Positions 10,649 through 22,645 of a DNA stretch of 64,000 nt are shown here, one piece after another (within the stretch, counting starts at the first letter, position 1; every line of letters starts with the position of its first letter). The notes beneath the pieces were generated by a model. That model saw only the letters and a list, made by a program, of their open reading frames with translations, was not told the DNA's origin and searched no databases. Made by a program: the position numbers and the translations under genes. The DNA is taken from contig OZ024763.1 in assembly GCA_964016885.1 (NCBI GenBank), forward strand, positions 17,360,001-17,424,000, read 5' to 3'. Source of the DNA: Eledone cirrhosa (lineage: Eukaryota).

Positions 10649-11901
10649 CCTGGCTAAGACCAAAGTACTAGTTTGTAGGAAAGAAAACAAGGCGGCGGTC
10701 CCTTCTGGGAAATGGTCGTGCTCGGTGTGTAGGAAAGGCGTAGGTAGAAACTCCATTTTATGTCCTAAATGCAAAGTATGGGTGCATAAAAGATGTAGTG
10801 GGATCACAGGTAAGCTAACTAAGAACATAGATTTTACATGTGGCCGGTGCTCTGTTGCAATAAGTAGCAGCAAGTGCCCACAAACTACTAGCTCTTTCAA
10901 TTGCGCAGAGGGTTCTATAGAAATAGTGGACAGCTTCCGTTACCTGGGCGATAAAATCAGCAGTGGGGGAGGGTGCTCTGAAAGTACTGTAGCTAGAGTC
11001 AGAACTGGTTGGAAAAAGTTCAGAGAGCTTATACCACTATTAGCTGCTAAAGGGTTCTCACTAAAAATGAAAGGCAGGTTGTACGATGCCTGCATACGAA
11101 CAGCAATGCTGCATGGCAGTGAGACCTGGGCATTGTGTGCAGAGGATATACGCAGACTAGAGAGGAACGAAGCTTGCATGCTCCGCTGGATGTGTAACAG
11201 TAATATACGTGAACGGCAAAGCATAAACGAACTAAGGAAAAAATTAGAGATAAGAGGGATCAGATGTTGTTTACTCGAGAGAAGGCTACGTTGGTATGGA
11301 CACGTGATGCGCATGAAAGTCGATAGCTGTATAACAAAGTGCAGGGCAATAAAGATAGACGGTAGTCACGGAATAGGCAGACCTAGAAAAACCTGGGACG
11401 AGCTGATAAACTCCGACATCACACACTTACACCTCTCCAAGACAATGTCACTGGACCGAGACCTTTGGCGGTACTCAGTAACAGAGAAGACCCGCCTTAC
11501 CTAAATATATAGTAAAACCTACTCCAGCCAGTAGGCATCTCTAACAAAATACACCCCGTCCCACCACCACCACCCCCACCCGATCCACACCACCCCGTTC
11601 TATGTAAAGTTATGTTGGTGCCGCGCCATCGAGGCCGAAACAAATGAGATCGTGTAGGTGTCACGACAAAAAAACACACAGTCCACGCTGTAATGTGGCC
11701 GTGTAGGCAACACGGTAAAAACCTCCCAGACCCACACTGTAAATGTGGTTGGTGTTAGGAAGGGCATCCAACTGTAGAAAACCTGCCAGACAGTCCTATG
11801 CGAGCAAGACAATCACTCTTGCCTCAAGTGGGACTACCCCCGTCCAAACCCATGCAAGCGTGGAACACGGACGTTAAACGTTGATGATGATGATGATGAT
11901 G
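10643..11901 (+). mobile_element. 5'-truncated RTE-clade LINE (PHD finger, RT C-terminus, 3' UTR, (GAT)n tail)
   Basis: FRYLGD, LHGSETW, RRLRWYGHVMRM, GRPRKTW motifs; stop at 11504; TA tracts at both ends. Confidence 0.9.
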
Positions 11902-11933
<32 letters not shown>

Positions 11934-11969
11934 AACAGGGATCCCACCGGACAGAGACAATATATATAT

Positions 11970-12020
<51 letters not shown>

Positions 12021-12146
12021 CACAGACAGACGAATGCGAGAAAGTTCTCCAACCCAAGTTAACCAGGAATCTCTAATATTCTTCCCACCGAAATTAACAA
12101 AGAACTTACTGGATCTACCAACTCATAATATTATAATATTATATTA

Positions 12147-12327
12147 TATCGGTAGAGGGTCGGATGCCATGCTTTGACACATAGAGTTACAGCCCTTGCC
12201 ATTCTGAGTTCAAATCCCGCCACGGTTAACTCTGCCTTTCATCCTTACGGGGTCGATAAAATAAAGTACCAGTAATGTACTGGGGTAATTGCTGGCCTTG
12301 TGCCAAAAGTAGAAACAATTATATTAT
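12147..12327 (+). mobile_element. SINE family 2
   Basis: B box gagttcaaatcc, domain gcctttcatccttacggggtcgataaaataaagtaccagt. Confidence 0.85.
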
Positions 12328-12462
12328 AACATTAAATCATAAAAAATTTTTTAACATTACAAGTGAAGTCATTCTTTTCCCTTTTTTTCAAATACACCTA
12401 ACTGTACCAAGGATCGCACACATTTTCCAATATATATCATATAAATATATATATATATATAA

Positions 12463-12683
12463 AAGGATCGATCAACTTTCGTCAAATCGGACCGAGGAAA
12501 CAATGTTTCCGTCGGTCTTTCCAGTTGCTAATACTATCTATCGGTCGCAACTCCAGGTAGAAGGAACAACGTGAAATAAAGTGTCTTGCTCAAGGACATA
12601 ACGCATCGCCCGGTCCACGAATCGAACTCACAACCTCAAGATTGTGAATCCAATTCTCTAACCACTCAGCCACACGCCTTCAC
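12463..12683 (-). mobile_element. tRNA-derived SINE family 3
   Basis: Minus: tggctgagtgg A box, gagttcgattc B box, ccttgagcaagacact domain; other copies 20668-20849, 23500-23742, 47241-47500. Confidence 0.85.
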
Positions 12684-13025
12684 AGATATTTGAATATATA
12701 TATATATATATTCAAAACAGGAGTCCCTCAGGACTAAGACAATGGAAAAACAGTCAACCTCTGAAAATCACAATAGTTTCAGTACATCAAGGCTGATACA
12801 ATTCATTCCAGTACACATTGGGACACGACAAAACAGGGAGATACAGGACAAGTTGTACCTTGTACGCCATCAAAAATGCTTTCTTGTCACAAACACACAC
12901 ACATATACACTTGTAGCCAATGATTTTTATCCTTTCAAGTAAATTTTACCTGACGCTGTCATTAACGGCATTTTGCTATTTTACCAGCTTCCTTGCATTG
13001 AGTTCTTCCTATTATTCTTCCTATC

Positions 13026-13348
13026 ATGGCTTAGTGGTTAGAGCATTGGCCTTGCAATCGAAAGGTTGTGAGTTCAATTCTCAGACCGGGTGATGTGTTG
13101 TTTCCTTGAGCAAAACACTTTATTTCACATTGCTCCAGTTTACTCAGCTGTAGAAATGAGATGATAGGGACTGGGGTCCCTATCATTCCACTGTAAAGTG
13201 GTCGTGGAGGTGCCACGTCAAAAAAGCACCCAGCACTCACTGTAAATGAGGTTGGTGTTAGGAAGGGCATCCAGCTGTAGAAATCAAGCCAGAATCAGTT
13301 CCCGTCCCACCCTTGCAAGCAGGGAAAAAGCGGACATAAAATGATGAT
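13026..13348 (+). mobile_element. SINE family 1
   Basis: Near-identical to 7989-8334. Confidence 0.9.
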
Positions 13349-13360
13349 TATATATGTATA

Positions 13361-13825
13361 TGGAGTCCTGTGGCTAAATGGTTAAGGTATTGGACTTGGT
13401 ATCATAATGTTGTGGATTGGATTTCTGGACTGGGATGTTTATGTGTTGTGTTCTTGGGCAAAACACTTCACTTCATGTTTCTCCAGTATACTCAGCTGAA
13501 AATAAGTACCAGCTATAGCTGGGAGTTTAATCACGTGATGGACTGGTGTCCTTTCCAGGAGGAAGTTTTGTACTCTCAGTCACTTTACAACAAGGAAACT
13601 GGGGTAAGCAATGGCCTGATTAGTTTCCAGGTTCCAGACAGGCTTTAACCCTGAGATGGACTGGTGTCCTTTCCAGGAGGAAGTTTTGTACTCTCAGTCA
13701 CTTTACAACAAGGAAACTGGGGTAAGCAATGGCCTGATTAGTTTCCAGGTTCCAGACAGGCTTTAACCCTGAGATGGACTGGTGTCCTTTCCAGGGGGAA
13801 GTTTTGTACTCTATCCAAGGAAACT
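13361..13825 (+). mobile_element. Older SINE with tandemly duplicated ~118-bp 3' part
   Basis: tggctaaatgg head, ttcttgggcaaaacact domain; gatggactggtgtcctttccagg occurs three times (~13537, 13655, 13773). Confidence 0.7.
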
Positions 13826-13879
13826 GTGAAAAGCATCAGCCTGATGAGCTGCCAGACTTGAGAGAGACTTTCGTTATGT

Positions 13880-14020
13880 ATATAAATGCTGAGTGTGCCA
13901 AGAAATCATTTTTGGTGAGGTTTTTTCTGTCTATAATGGAGCATACTGTGTTTGGAAATATTGAGAAATTGGATGTTCTTGTGATTTTCCCAATCATGCA
14001 CAGTATCGGGGTCTTGTTAA
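13880..14020 (-). pseudogene. Decayed CR1-like RT fragment
   Basis: Minus frame reads [33 protein letters not shown], similar to the DLDTMQQW...VDKCTTMHFGSKNP region at 33631. Confidence 0.4.
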
Positions 14021-14034
14021 AACACACACAATTA

Positions 14035-15130
<1,096 letters not shown>

Positions 15131-15734
15131 ATTCCCTTCTCTCCACTTCACTCTCACTCTATCACAAGTCAGTAAAGTTTTGAAATTGTACAAATTCCCC
15201 CCCCACCACCACCACCACCACCCTGAAAAACAAAAAAAAAACATTTTTTGGTGATAGATAATTTTTATTTTAAATTTGTATAATAACATTTACTTAAACA
15301 TTTTGTGCCATTGGCATTTCTGCTGTATTCAGATAGCCTCTAGGCGTTCTCTTAAAGACACAAAACCAAAAAATAATAAAAATAATAATAACAATAGAAA
15401 AATATTTTAAAATAGTTAAATATAGATTATAAAATATCCTGGTATTGTTTTTTTGGTGTTTTGGGGGTTTTTCATAAAATGTTGATTTTATTTTAGTGTA
15501 TATTTGTATATTTTTACATCAAAATTTCTTTTTAATAATTTTGTTATTATTATTATTATTATTACTATTATTGTTGATGTTGTTGTTATTTTTTTGGTAG
15601 GGTGTTTGGAGTGTTTGGGGAGTTTCTAAGCTTGGGAAAAGGATACCAAAATGGTAAAATATAGCTATAGCTACCATCTGAAATAATTATAAACTGAATC
15701 TTTCTCCAGCAAGAATAAGAAATAATAGTCTTAA

Positions 15735-15933
15735 TGATAATAATTGTTTCTACTTTTGGCACAAGGCCAGCAATTACCCAGTGCATTACTGGTACTTTAT
15801 TTTATCGGCCACGTAAGGATGAAAGGTAAAGTTAACCTCGGCAGGATTTGAACTCAGAATGGCAAGGGCCGTAACTCTATGTGTCAAAGCATGGCGTCCG
15901 ACCCTCTACCGATACTGCCAATCCACCGCCCTA
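15735..15933 (-). mobile_element. SINE family 2, full length
   Basis: Head tagggcggtggattggcagtatcgg, B box, Nin-like domain, (att)n tail. Confidence 0.88.
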
Positions 15934-15949
15934 ATATAGTCATAATGAT

Positions 15950-16545
15950 AATAATGATTTCATTTATTGGCCACAAGGGCTGGCATGTGGGGGACAATAC
16001 AAAGATGGGGACAGTGGGGGGGGGGGGGGTTTACATGCAATCCTGTAAAAAAAATTAACAAAACGAATAAACGAAAAATATAAAATATCGACAATAGAAT
16101 TCCCTATTAGGGGGGGGGGGGGGACCACACAGGGGTGATGTTACAAACCCCACAAAACCCAACCCGCCCTCATCTTCAAAAGCACCCCAGAAGGTGCCCC
16201 TCTCTCCCTCCATCTTATCAGCCCACAGGCGCTCGTTGAGAGTGGGCCCATTCACATGGGCCATTCTCACAACAATTATCCACATTTTGAAAAATGTTCT
16301 GGGGCTGGGCAGCATTTCTCTCTCCACCCTTATCTTCCTTTACAAATGGAACTTGAAAAAGTTGACGAGGACTTGACCAAATAGGAAGGTGTCTATCCTC
16401 AGACCTTTCAGTCTGTGTCCACCACCCACCTTCTTTCGCTACAGCTATCAAACAGAGGAATATTGCCTGCTCTTCCTGGCCAGAAGAAGACGGTGGTGGG
16501 GGCGATATCTTCACTATGGACTCGGTCGATAGCCGGATCTGAAAT
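15950..16545 (-). mobile_element. 3' end of L1/Tx1-type LINE (frameshifted ORF2 C-terminus and 3' UTR)
   Basis: Peptides IFLCLIAVAKEGGWWTQ / QVLVNFFKFHL / EREMLPSPRTFFKMW; T-rich UTR, aataaa, short (atc/att) tail; same terminus at ~41490-41545. Confidence 0.6.
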
Positions 16546-16729
16546 CTTTCTGATTTCTTTACCCTAACTTTTCAGTCGTAATTTATCTTTCTATCATTTT
16601 TATGGTCGAGGAAAACAACGTGTACGAATTTTGAAGAAACAAATCAAAACAGCCTGAGTTACCACCCTTTGTTTTTAATGCGGGCACGAATGTAAATTAG
16701 CGCTTGTGGTCCACCTGATGTTGAGCCAT

Positions 16730-16771
16730 ATCTCATGCGGCCCGCTTCTCGAAAAAGGTTGCCCATGCCTG
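16730..16771. mobile_element. Possible hAT-type DNA transposon terminus
   Basis: atgcggcccgc...aaaaggttgcccatgcctg resembles hAT/Charlie-like TIR; partner end not found. Confidence 0.35.
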
Positions 16772-16943
16772 ATTTAAATACATAGTTGTTTGACATAACA
16801 CCTTAAGTCAGCAATACTCGGGCAATTGACGAGAGTGTGTAAAACAGTTTTGTCACTCTGTGTGCACTATGGGCAGCTCCATCTGACAGAACTGCCGTGC
16901 CTATAGAGTTTATATGTATGTAGATATGTGTATATATATATAC

Positions 16944-17648
16944 ATCATCATCATCATCATCATCATCGTTTAACGTCCATGTTCCACGCTTGCATGGGTT
17001 TGGACGGGGGTTTTCCCACTTGAGGCAAGAGTGATTGTCTTGCTCGCATAGGACTGTCTGGCAGGTTTTCTACAGCTGGATGCCCTTCCTAACACCAACC
17101 ACATTTACAGTGTGGGTCTGGGAGGTTTTTACCGTGTTGCCTACATGGCCACATTACAGCGTGGACTGTGTGTTTTTTTGTCGTGACACCTACACGATCT
17201 CATTTGTTTCGGCCTGGATGTGTGGCACCAACATAACTTTACATAGAGGGGGCGGTGTGGATGGGGTGGAGGTGGTGGGACGGGGGTGTATTTTGTTAGA
17301 GATGCCTACTGACTGTAGTAGGTTTTACTTTGTATTTAGGTAAGGCGGGTCTTCTCTATTACTGAGTACCGCCAAAGGTCTCGGTCCAGTGACATTGTCT
17401 TGGTGAGGTGTAACTGTGTGAGGTCGGAGTTTATCAGCTCGTCCCAGGTTTTTCTGGGTCTGCCTATTCCGTGGCTACCGTCTATCTTTATTGCCCTGCA
17501 CTTTGTTATACAGCTATCGTCCTTCATGCGCATCACGTGACCATACCAACGTAGCCTTCTCTCTAGTAAACAACATCTGATCCCTCTTATTTCTAATTTT
17601 TTCCTTAGTTCGTTTATGCTTTGTCGTTCACGTATATTACTATTACAC

Positions 17649-17650
<2 letters not shown>
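16944..17650 (-). mobile_element. 5'-truncated RTE LINE (same family as 10643)
   Basis: RRLRWYGHVMRM...GRPRKTW; same 3' UTR and (GAT)n tail. Confidence 0.9.
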
Positions 17651-17687
<37 letters not shown>

Positions 17688-17689
<2 letters not shown>

Positions 17690-18097
17690 AGGTGAGTTTT
17701 ATTGTAGTACAATAAAGCAATGCAGATATCGGATAAGAAGCACTCTACAATTTGTAGGACTGGAGTATAAATAATAATATATAAGATCAAAAGATGGTTA
17801 AAAGAGTTCCATGTATTTTATTATGCGCATTTCAAAAACAAATATCATCATGCAATAACATTTGCATTTTCATCAGATAAAATAGTGAGACATGATATGA
17901 AGGTTAAAACACACTTGTGAATAGTGCAATATGTTGATTTAAAACTGCACTATTCACAAGTGTTTTTTAACCTTCATATCATGTCTCCCTATCTTATCTG
18001 ATGAAAACGCAAATGTTATTACATGATGATATTTGTTTTTGAAATGCGCATAATAAAATACATGGAACTCTTTTAACCATCTTTTGAATTTATATAT

Positions 18098-18103
<6 letters not shown>
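17688..18103. mobile_element. TA-flanked fold-back insert, family I, hammerheads on both strands (- 17815-17884; + 17990-18060)
   Basis: Arms ~17773-17928 / 17947-18103; CTGATGA 17998-18004, GAAA 18041-18044, perfect palindromic stem III A-TGCGCA-T, AUA site. Confidence 0.85.
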
Positions 18104-18156
<53 letters not shown>

Positions 18157-18157
<1 letters not shown>

Positions 18158-18593
18158 GATATTAACAAATGGAAACTATATTTATAAAACCATATTTATT
18201 TCATTATACATATTTCAAGGACACCATGTTAAATTATGGTGTGCTTTCATCAGATAAAATATAATATAGAGCAGTTTTATAAATAAATATTGACATACCC
18301 TTAAAGAATGCAACCATTACTGTCCAGGAGCTTCCAACAGTAATGGTTGCATTCTTTAAGGGTATGTCAATATTTATTTATAAAACTGCTCTATATTATA
18401 TTTTATCTGATGAAAGCACACCATAATTTAACTTGGTGTCCTTGAAATATGTATAATGAAATAAATATGGTTTTATAAATATAGTTTCCATTTGTTAATA
18501 TCAAATTTTTACTCCAATTATTTGCTGAGTGCTTTATATCAGTTATAAAAATATTTGCTTGTTGTATCCCAACAATTTAAATAGAACTTTTAC
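18157..18593. mobile_element. Family C fold-back insert, hammerheads - 18198-18260 and + 18400-18462
   Basis: Arms 18158-18323 / 18337-18502; CTGATGA 18407-18413, stem II ACACCA/TGGTGT, GAAA 18444-18447; 90-nt tail. Confidence 0.85.
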
Positions 18594-18605
18594 ATATATA
18601 TATAT

Positions 18606-18706
18606 GGAGGCACATGGCTTAGTGGTTAGAGGATTGGCCTTGCAATCGAAAGGTTGTGAGTTCAATTCTCAAACCGGGTGATGTGTTGTTTCCTTGAGCA
18701 AGACAC
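18606..18706 (+). mobile_element. SINE family 1, 5' fragment
   Basis: tRNA-like head identical to other copies. Confidence 0.8.
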
Positions 18707-18892
18707 GAGTTTAGTATAAATAATTACAACAGTGACATAAACAGGTACTTAAGTTTTGTTGGGTTCTGGACCCTAACTCATTCAGCCTGTCATAATAGAA
18801 ATACATTTTTATTCTTCTTATGACAGATTGAATGAGTTGGGGTCCAGTATCCAACGAAACTTAAGTACCTGTTTATGTCACTGGTGTAATTA
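18707..18892. mobile_element. Family E fold-back insert with CUGAAUGA-type hammerheads (- 18741-18790; + 18823-18872)
   Basis: Consensus ACAGG-CTGAATGA-GTTGG-loop-CCAAC-GAAA-CTTAAG-TA-CCTGT. Confidence 0.75.
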
Positions 18893-18908
18893 TATATATA
18901 TATATCTA

Positions 18909-19110
18909 TAGGAAAAAGTATGACCCCGACAGCTACGAGCTCAAGCCATTTCGACGGCTATTTCTGGACGAAGTCCAGAAATAGACATCGAAACGGCTTG
19001 AGCTATGCCGTCGGGGTCATACTTTTTCCTATTTCCCTATCTACTACCCTAAGTATTGAGTACTCTGGTGCGTTATGGTCCATCTGGTTCCTTACCACAA
19101 TTCCTTTGTT
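18909..19110 (+). mobile_element. Family J fold-back insert
   Basis: Homologous to 1783-2018. Confidence 0.75.
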
Positions 19111-19124
19111 ATATATATATATAT

Positions 19125-19494
19125 TCATTTCATTTCATTTCATTTTTACGTCCGCTTTTCCCTGATTGCAAGGGTGGGATGGGAACTGATTCTGGCTTGA
19201 TTTCTACAGCTGGATGCCCTTCCTAACACCAACCTCATTTTTTTTTGCCGTGGCACCTCCACGACCACTTTACAGGGTGGGCTGGCTGCTTTTTTGCCGT
19301 GGCACCTCCACGACCACTTTGCAGTTGAATGATAGGGACCCCAGTCCCTATCATCTCATTTCTACAACTGAGTAAACTGGAGCAATGTGAAATAAAGTGT
19401 CTTGCTCAAGGAAATAACACATCACCCAGTCTGAGAATGGAACTCACAACCTTTCGATTGCAAGACTAATGCTCTAACCACTAAGCTATGTGCC
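19125..19494 (-). mobile_element. SINE family 1
   Basis: Reverse complement of 7989-8334 with internal duplication. Confidence 0.88.
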
Positions 19495-19511
19495 TATATA
19501 TATATATATAT

Positions 19512-20031
19512 ATTCAGGTTTGAGGTTCACCACTGGATAGAGCTGGTCAATTCCGTATGATCAATCGCAATGTAATAATATAGAGAGTACTCAACGCAAA
19601 GCAGTTCAACCGTCTTTGTTTTTGTAGTTGGTGGTGCTATTACGGAGTTAAATATTATAATGAAATGACAGGAGGCTGGATTTGTGTAAATCCTTGAAAG
19701 GTTTATTATACTATGATCATTTCAATGACCGGGTCCCGTATGAATCCAGTGATATCATCAGGTATTCGAAATATAATACGTGATGTAATAGATAAAATCC
19801 ATGGGGCTGTCCGGCAAAGGTAGAAGGGCGACCGGCAAAGGTAGAAGATGGTGGATGGCGGTCGCCCTCGCGTCCTTGATTTTCAGCCCTATGGATTTTA
19901 TCTATTACATTCACATATTATATTTCGAATACCTGATATCACCGGATTCATACGGAATTGAAATGATCATAGTATAATAAACCTTTCAAGGATTTACACA
20001 AATCCAGCCTCCTGTCATTTCATTATAATAT
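19512..20031. mobile_element. Family F fold-back insert; intact hammerhead on - strand 19708-19765
   Basis: Arms ~19652-19809 / 19884-20031; minus atac-CTGATGA-stem II-GAAA-TGATCA-TA-gtat; + arm copy has lost part of the core. Confidence 0.8.
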
Positions 20032-20061
<30 letters not shown>

Positions 20062-20065
<4 letters not shown>

Positions 20066-20648
20066 CTATTCTATTCTAAGGTGGGTAAAATTCCCGAGAT
20101 CCATGGACGAGCTCTCTCCAGCGGTCTCTGTCCCTCATTATCGCTGCCATGTCCTGCATCTCCAACAGACCAGTGTCTGTCCTTAGGGCATCAACATACG
20201 TTAACCTTGGTCTTCCTCTTCTAGTGTGTCCATGTAGGGGCTCTCAAAGGAGCACTGAGTGCAATGTCAACTCTGGATGTCGGTGAGCATGTCCAGCCAA
20301 CCTCAGTCTCCTCTGTGTCACTTTTGAGCTGACTTTTGGGAGGCTCCCATACAGTTCTGAGTTTTTCATCCTCAGTGTATACTGATTAATGTTCAGAGCC
20401 ATCCTCAGCATTCTCGTGTAGCACCAATCCACCATCTGGGTGAGTTTCTTGGTCAGTGTCCAAGTCTCAGACCCGTACAGCAGCACAGACTCCACTACAG
20501 CAATGAAGAGGCGGATTTTCAGGTCTGTATTTGGGAGCAAAGATTGGGAATACGGAAGATGATGTGGTTGAGAGGAAGAGCAAGGCCTGGGCGGCGTGCC
20601 ACAGCTTGAGATCGGTGTGGAAGTCGGACCTTTGTAGAGACCTGAAAA
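20062..20648 (-). mobile_element. RTE/RTE-X-like LINE 3' fragment with 5' inversion
   Basis: Minus: KIRLFIAVVESVLLYGSETWTLT...RRLRLAGH; (tagaa)n tail; 20541-20648 encodes the upstream peptide on +; fragments also at 48895-48960 and 56560-56655. Confidence 0.75.
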
Positions 20649-20855
20649 TATATATATATATATAATAGGAACGATCGACTTTCGTCAAATCGGACCGAGG
20701 GAACAATGTTTCCGTTGGTCTTTCCAATTGCTAGTACTATCTATCGGTCGCAACTCCAGGTAGAAGGAGCAACGTGAAATAAAGTGTCTTGCTCAAGGAC
20801 ATAACGCATCGCCTGGTCCAGCAATCGAACTCACAACCTTACGATTGCGATATAT

Positions 20856-20911
<56 letters not shown>

Positions 20912-21159
20912 ATCATCATCATCACCATTTTACATCCATTTTTCCATGCTTGCCCATGTATCACACGGGTTGTTCACATCGAAAAATCAGGATGAGCCAT
21001 TCCGTAGCAGGCTCCGAATGGGGTCACAGATTTGGCTGGGTCTTTTTAAAGCTGGATGCCTTCCTATCACCAACCACTTTACAGAGTGTACTGGGTGTGT
21101 TTATCATATAGAGGACCAACACTAGGAAGGTTGTCATATATATATGTGTATGTGTCTGT

Positions 21160-21161
<2 letters not shown>

Positions 21162-21197
<36 letters not shown>

Positions 21198-21521
21198 TCC
21201 ACGTCCGCTCTCTCCCTGCTTGCAAGGGTGGGACGGGAACTGATTCTGGCTTGATTTCTACAGCTGGATGCCCTTCCTAACACCAACCTCATTTACAGTG
21301 AGTGCTGGGTGCTTTTTTTGCCGTGGCACCCCCACGACCACTTTGCAGTGGAATGATAGAGACCCCAGTCCCTATCATCTCATTTCTACAGCTGAGTAAA
21401 CTGGAGCAATGTGAAATAAAGTGTCTTGCTCAAGGAAACAACACATCACCCGGTCTGAGAATTGAACTCACAACCTTTCGATTGCAAGGCCAATGCTCTA
21501 ACCACTAAGCCATATGCCTCC
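21162..21521 (-). mobile_element. SINE family 1
   Basis: Full-length reverse copy. Confidence 0.9.
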
Positions 21522-21629
21522 ATATGTAGGTATGTATATGTATATATATATATAGGTATGTATATGTATATATATATATATATATAGGTATGTATATGTA
21601 AATATATATTTAGGTATGTATATATATAT

Positions 21630-21670
<41 letters not shown>

Positions 21671-21860
21671 TATATATATATTTATTAATTTAACAGATTA
21701 AAGTTTAAGCAAAGGATCGCTGCTTTCACCCTTAACGGGATCTGTTAATTTAATAAATATTTGCTCTACGTTTTTTTATATATTTGATATATATTTTCCT
21801 TATCGAGCCCTCTTTGGATTTTAGTCTTCAAATTTATTATTATTACTATATATATATATA

Positions 21861-22562
21861 TCATTATCATCATCATCATTTTACGTCCGCTTTTCCCTGC
21901 TTGCAAGGGTGGGACGGGCCTTATTCAGCACAGCGTCTCTCCACTCGTCACGGTCCCTCGTCATCTCCACCGTGAGCTTCAATGATCTGAGGTCTGTTCT
22001 CACCACCTCCGCCCATGTTTTTCGTGGTCTACTTCTACCACGTCTTCCTTCAACTGGCATTTCCTGGCACTTCTTCACCCATCGGTCATCCTCCATGCGC
22101 ATCACATGTCCATACCACCTCAGTCTCCTCTCCCGTACACTACATTCTATCCCTCTCAGACACAGTTTCTCTCTCAACACATTTATGCTGGGTCGTTCAT
22201 GCACATTTACACTGCACATCCAACGGAGCATGCTTGCCTCATTTCTCTCCAGCCATCGCATATCTTCTGCGGTAGCTGCCCATGTCTCACTACCATGCAG
22301 CATCGCGCTCCTCACACAGGCATCATACAACCGGCCTTTCGTACGCAGGGAGAAACCCTTCTTCGTCAACAGAGGAAGCAGCTCCCTAAACTTCTTCCAA
22401 CCCGTCCTTATTCTAGATACTATGGCCTCGGAACACCCTCCTCCCATGCTAATCTGATCTCCTAGGTACCGGAAGCTATCCACCACTTCTATAGCGCCCT
22501 CTCGCATTTGAAAAATGTGTCTATCAGTGCGACTTCTACTGTCTAATTTCCCTGTACATCTA
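21861..22562 (-). mobile_element. 5'-truncated RTE LINE, short-3'UTR family (SINE family 1 partner)
   Basis: FRYLGD...LHGSETW...RRLRWYGH; ORF runs into tail cccacccttgcaagcagggaaaagcggacgtaa. Confidence 0.9.
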
Positions 22563-22609
22563 CTGCATACATATATATATATATATTTATATGTGTTTAT
22601 ATGTATGTA

Positions 22610-22642
<33 letters not shown>

Positions 22643-22645
<3 letters not shown>

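Noticed and set aside
10257-11504. 415-aa ORF as a gene
   Set aside because: N-terminal third is microsatellite plus family J fragments fused by chance to a truncated RTE
13841-13875. CTGATGA as hammerhead
   Set aside because: No stem II and GAAA downstream; lies beside a decayed CR1-like fragment
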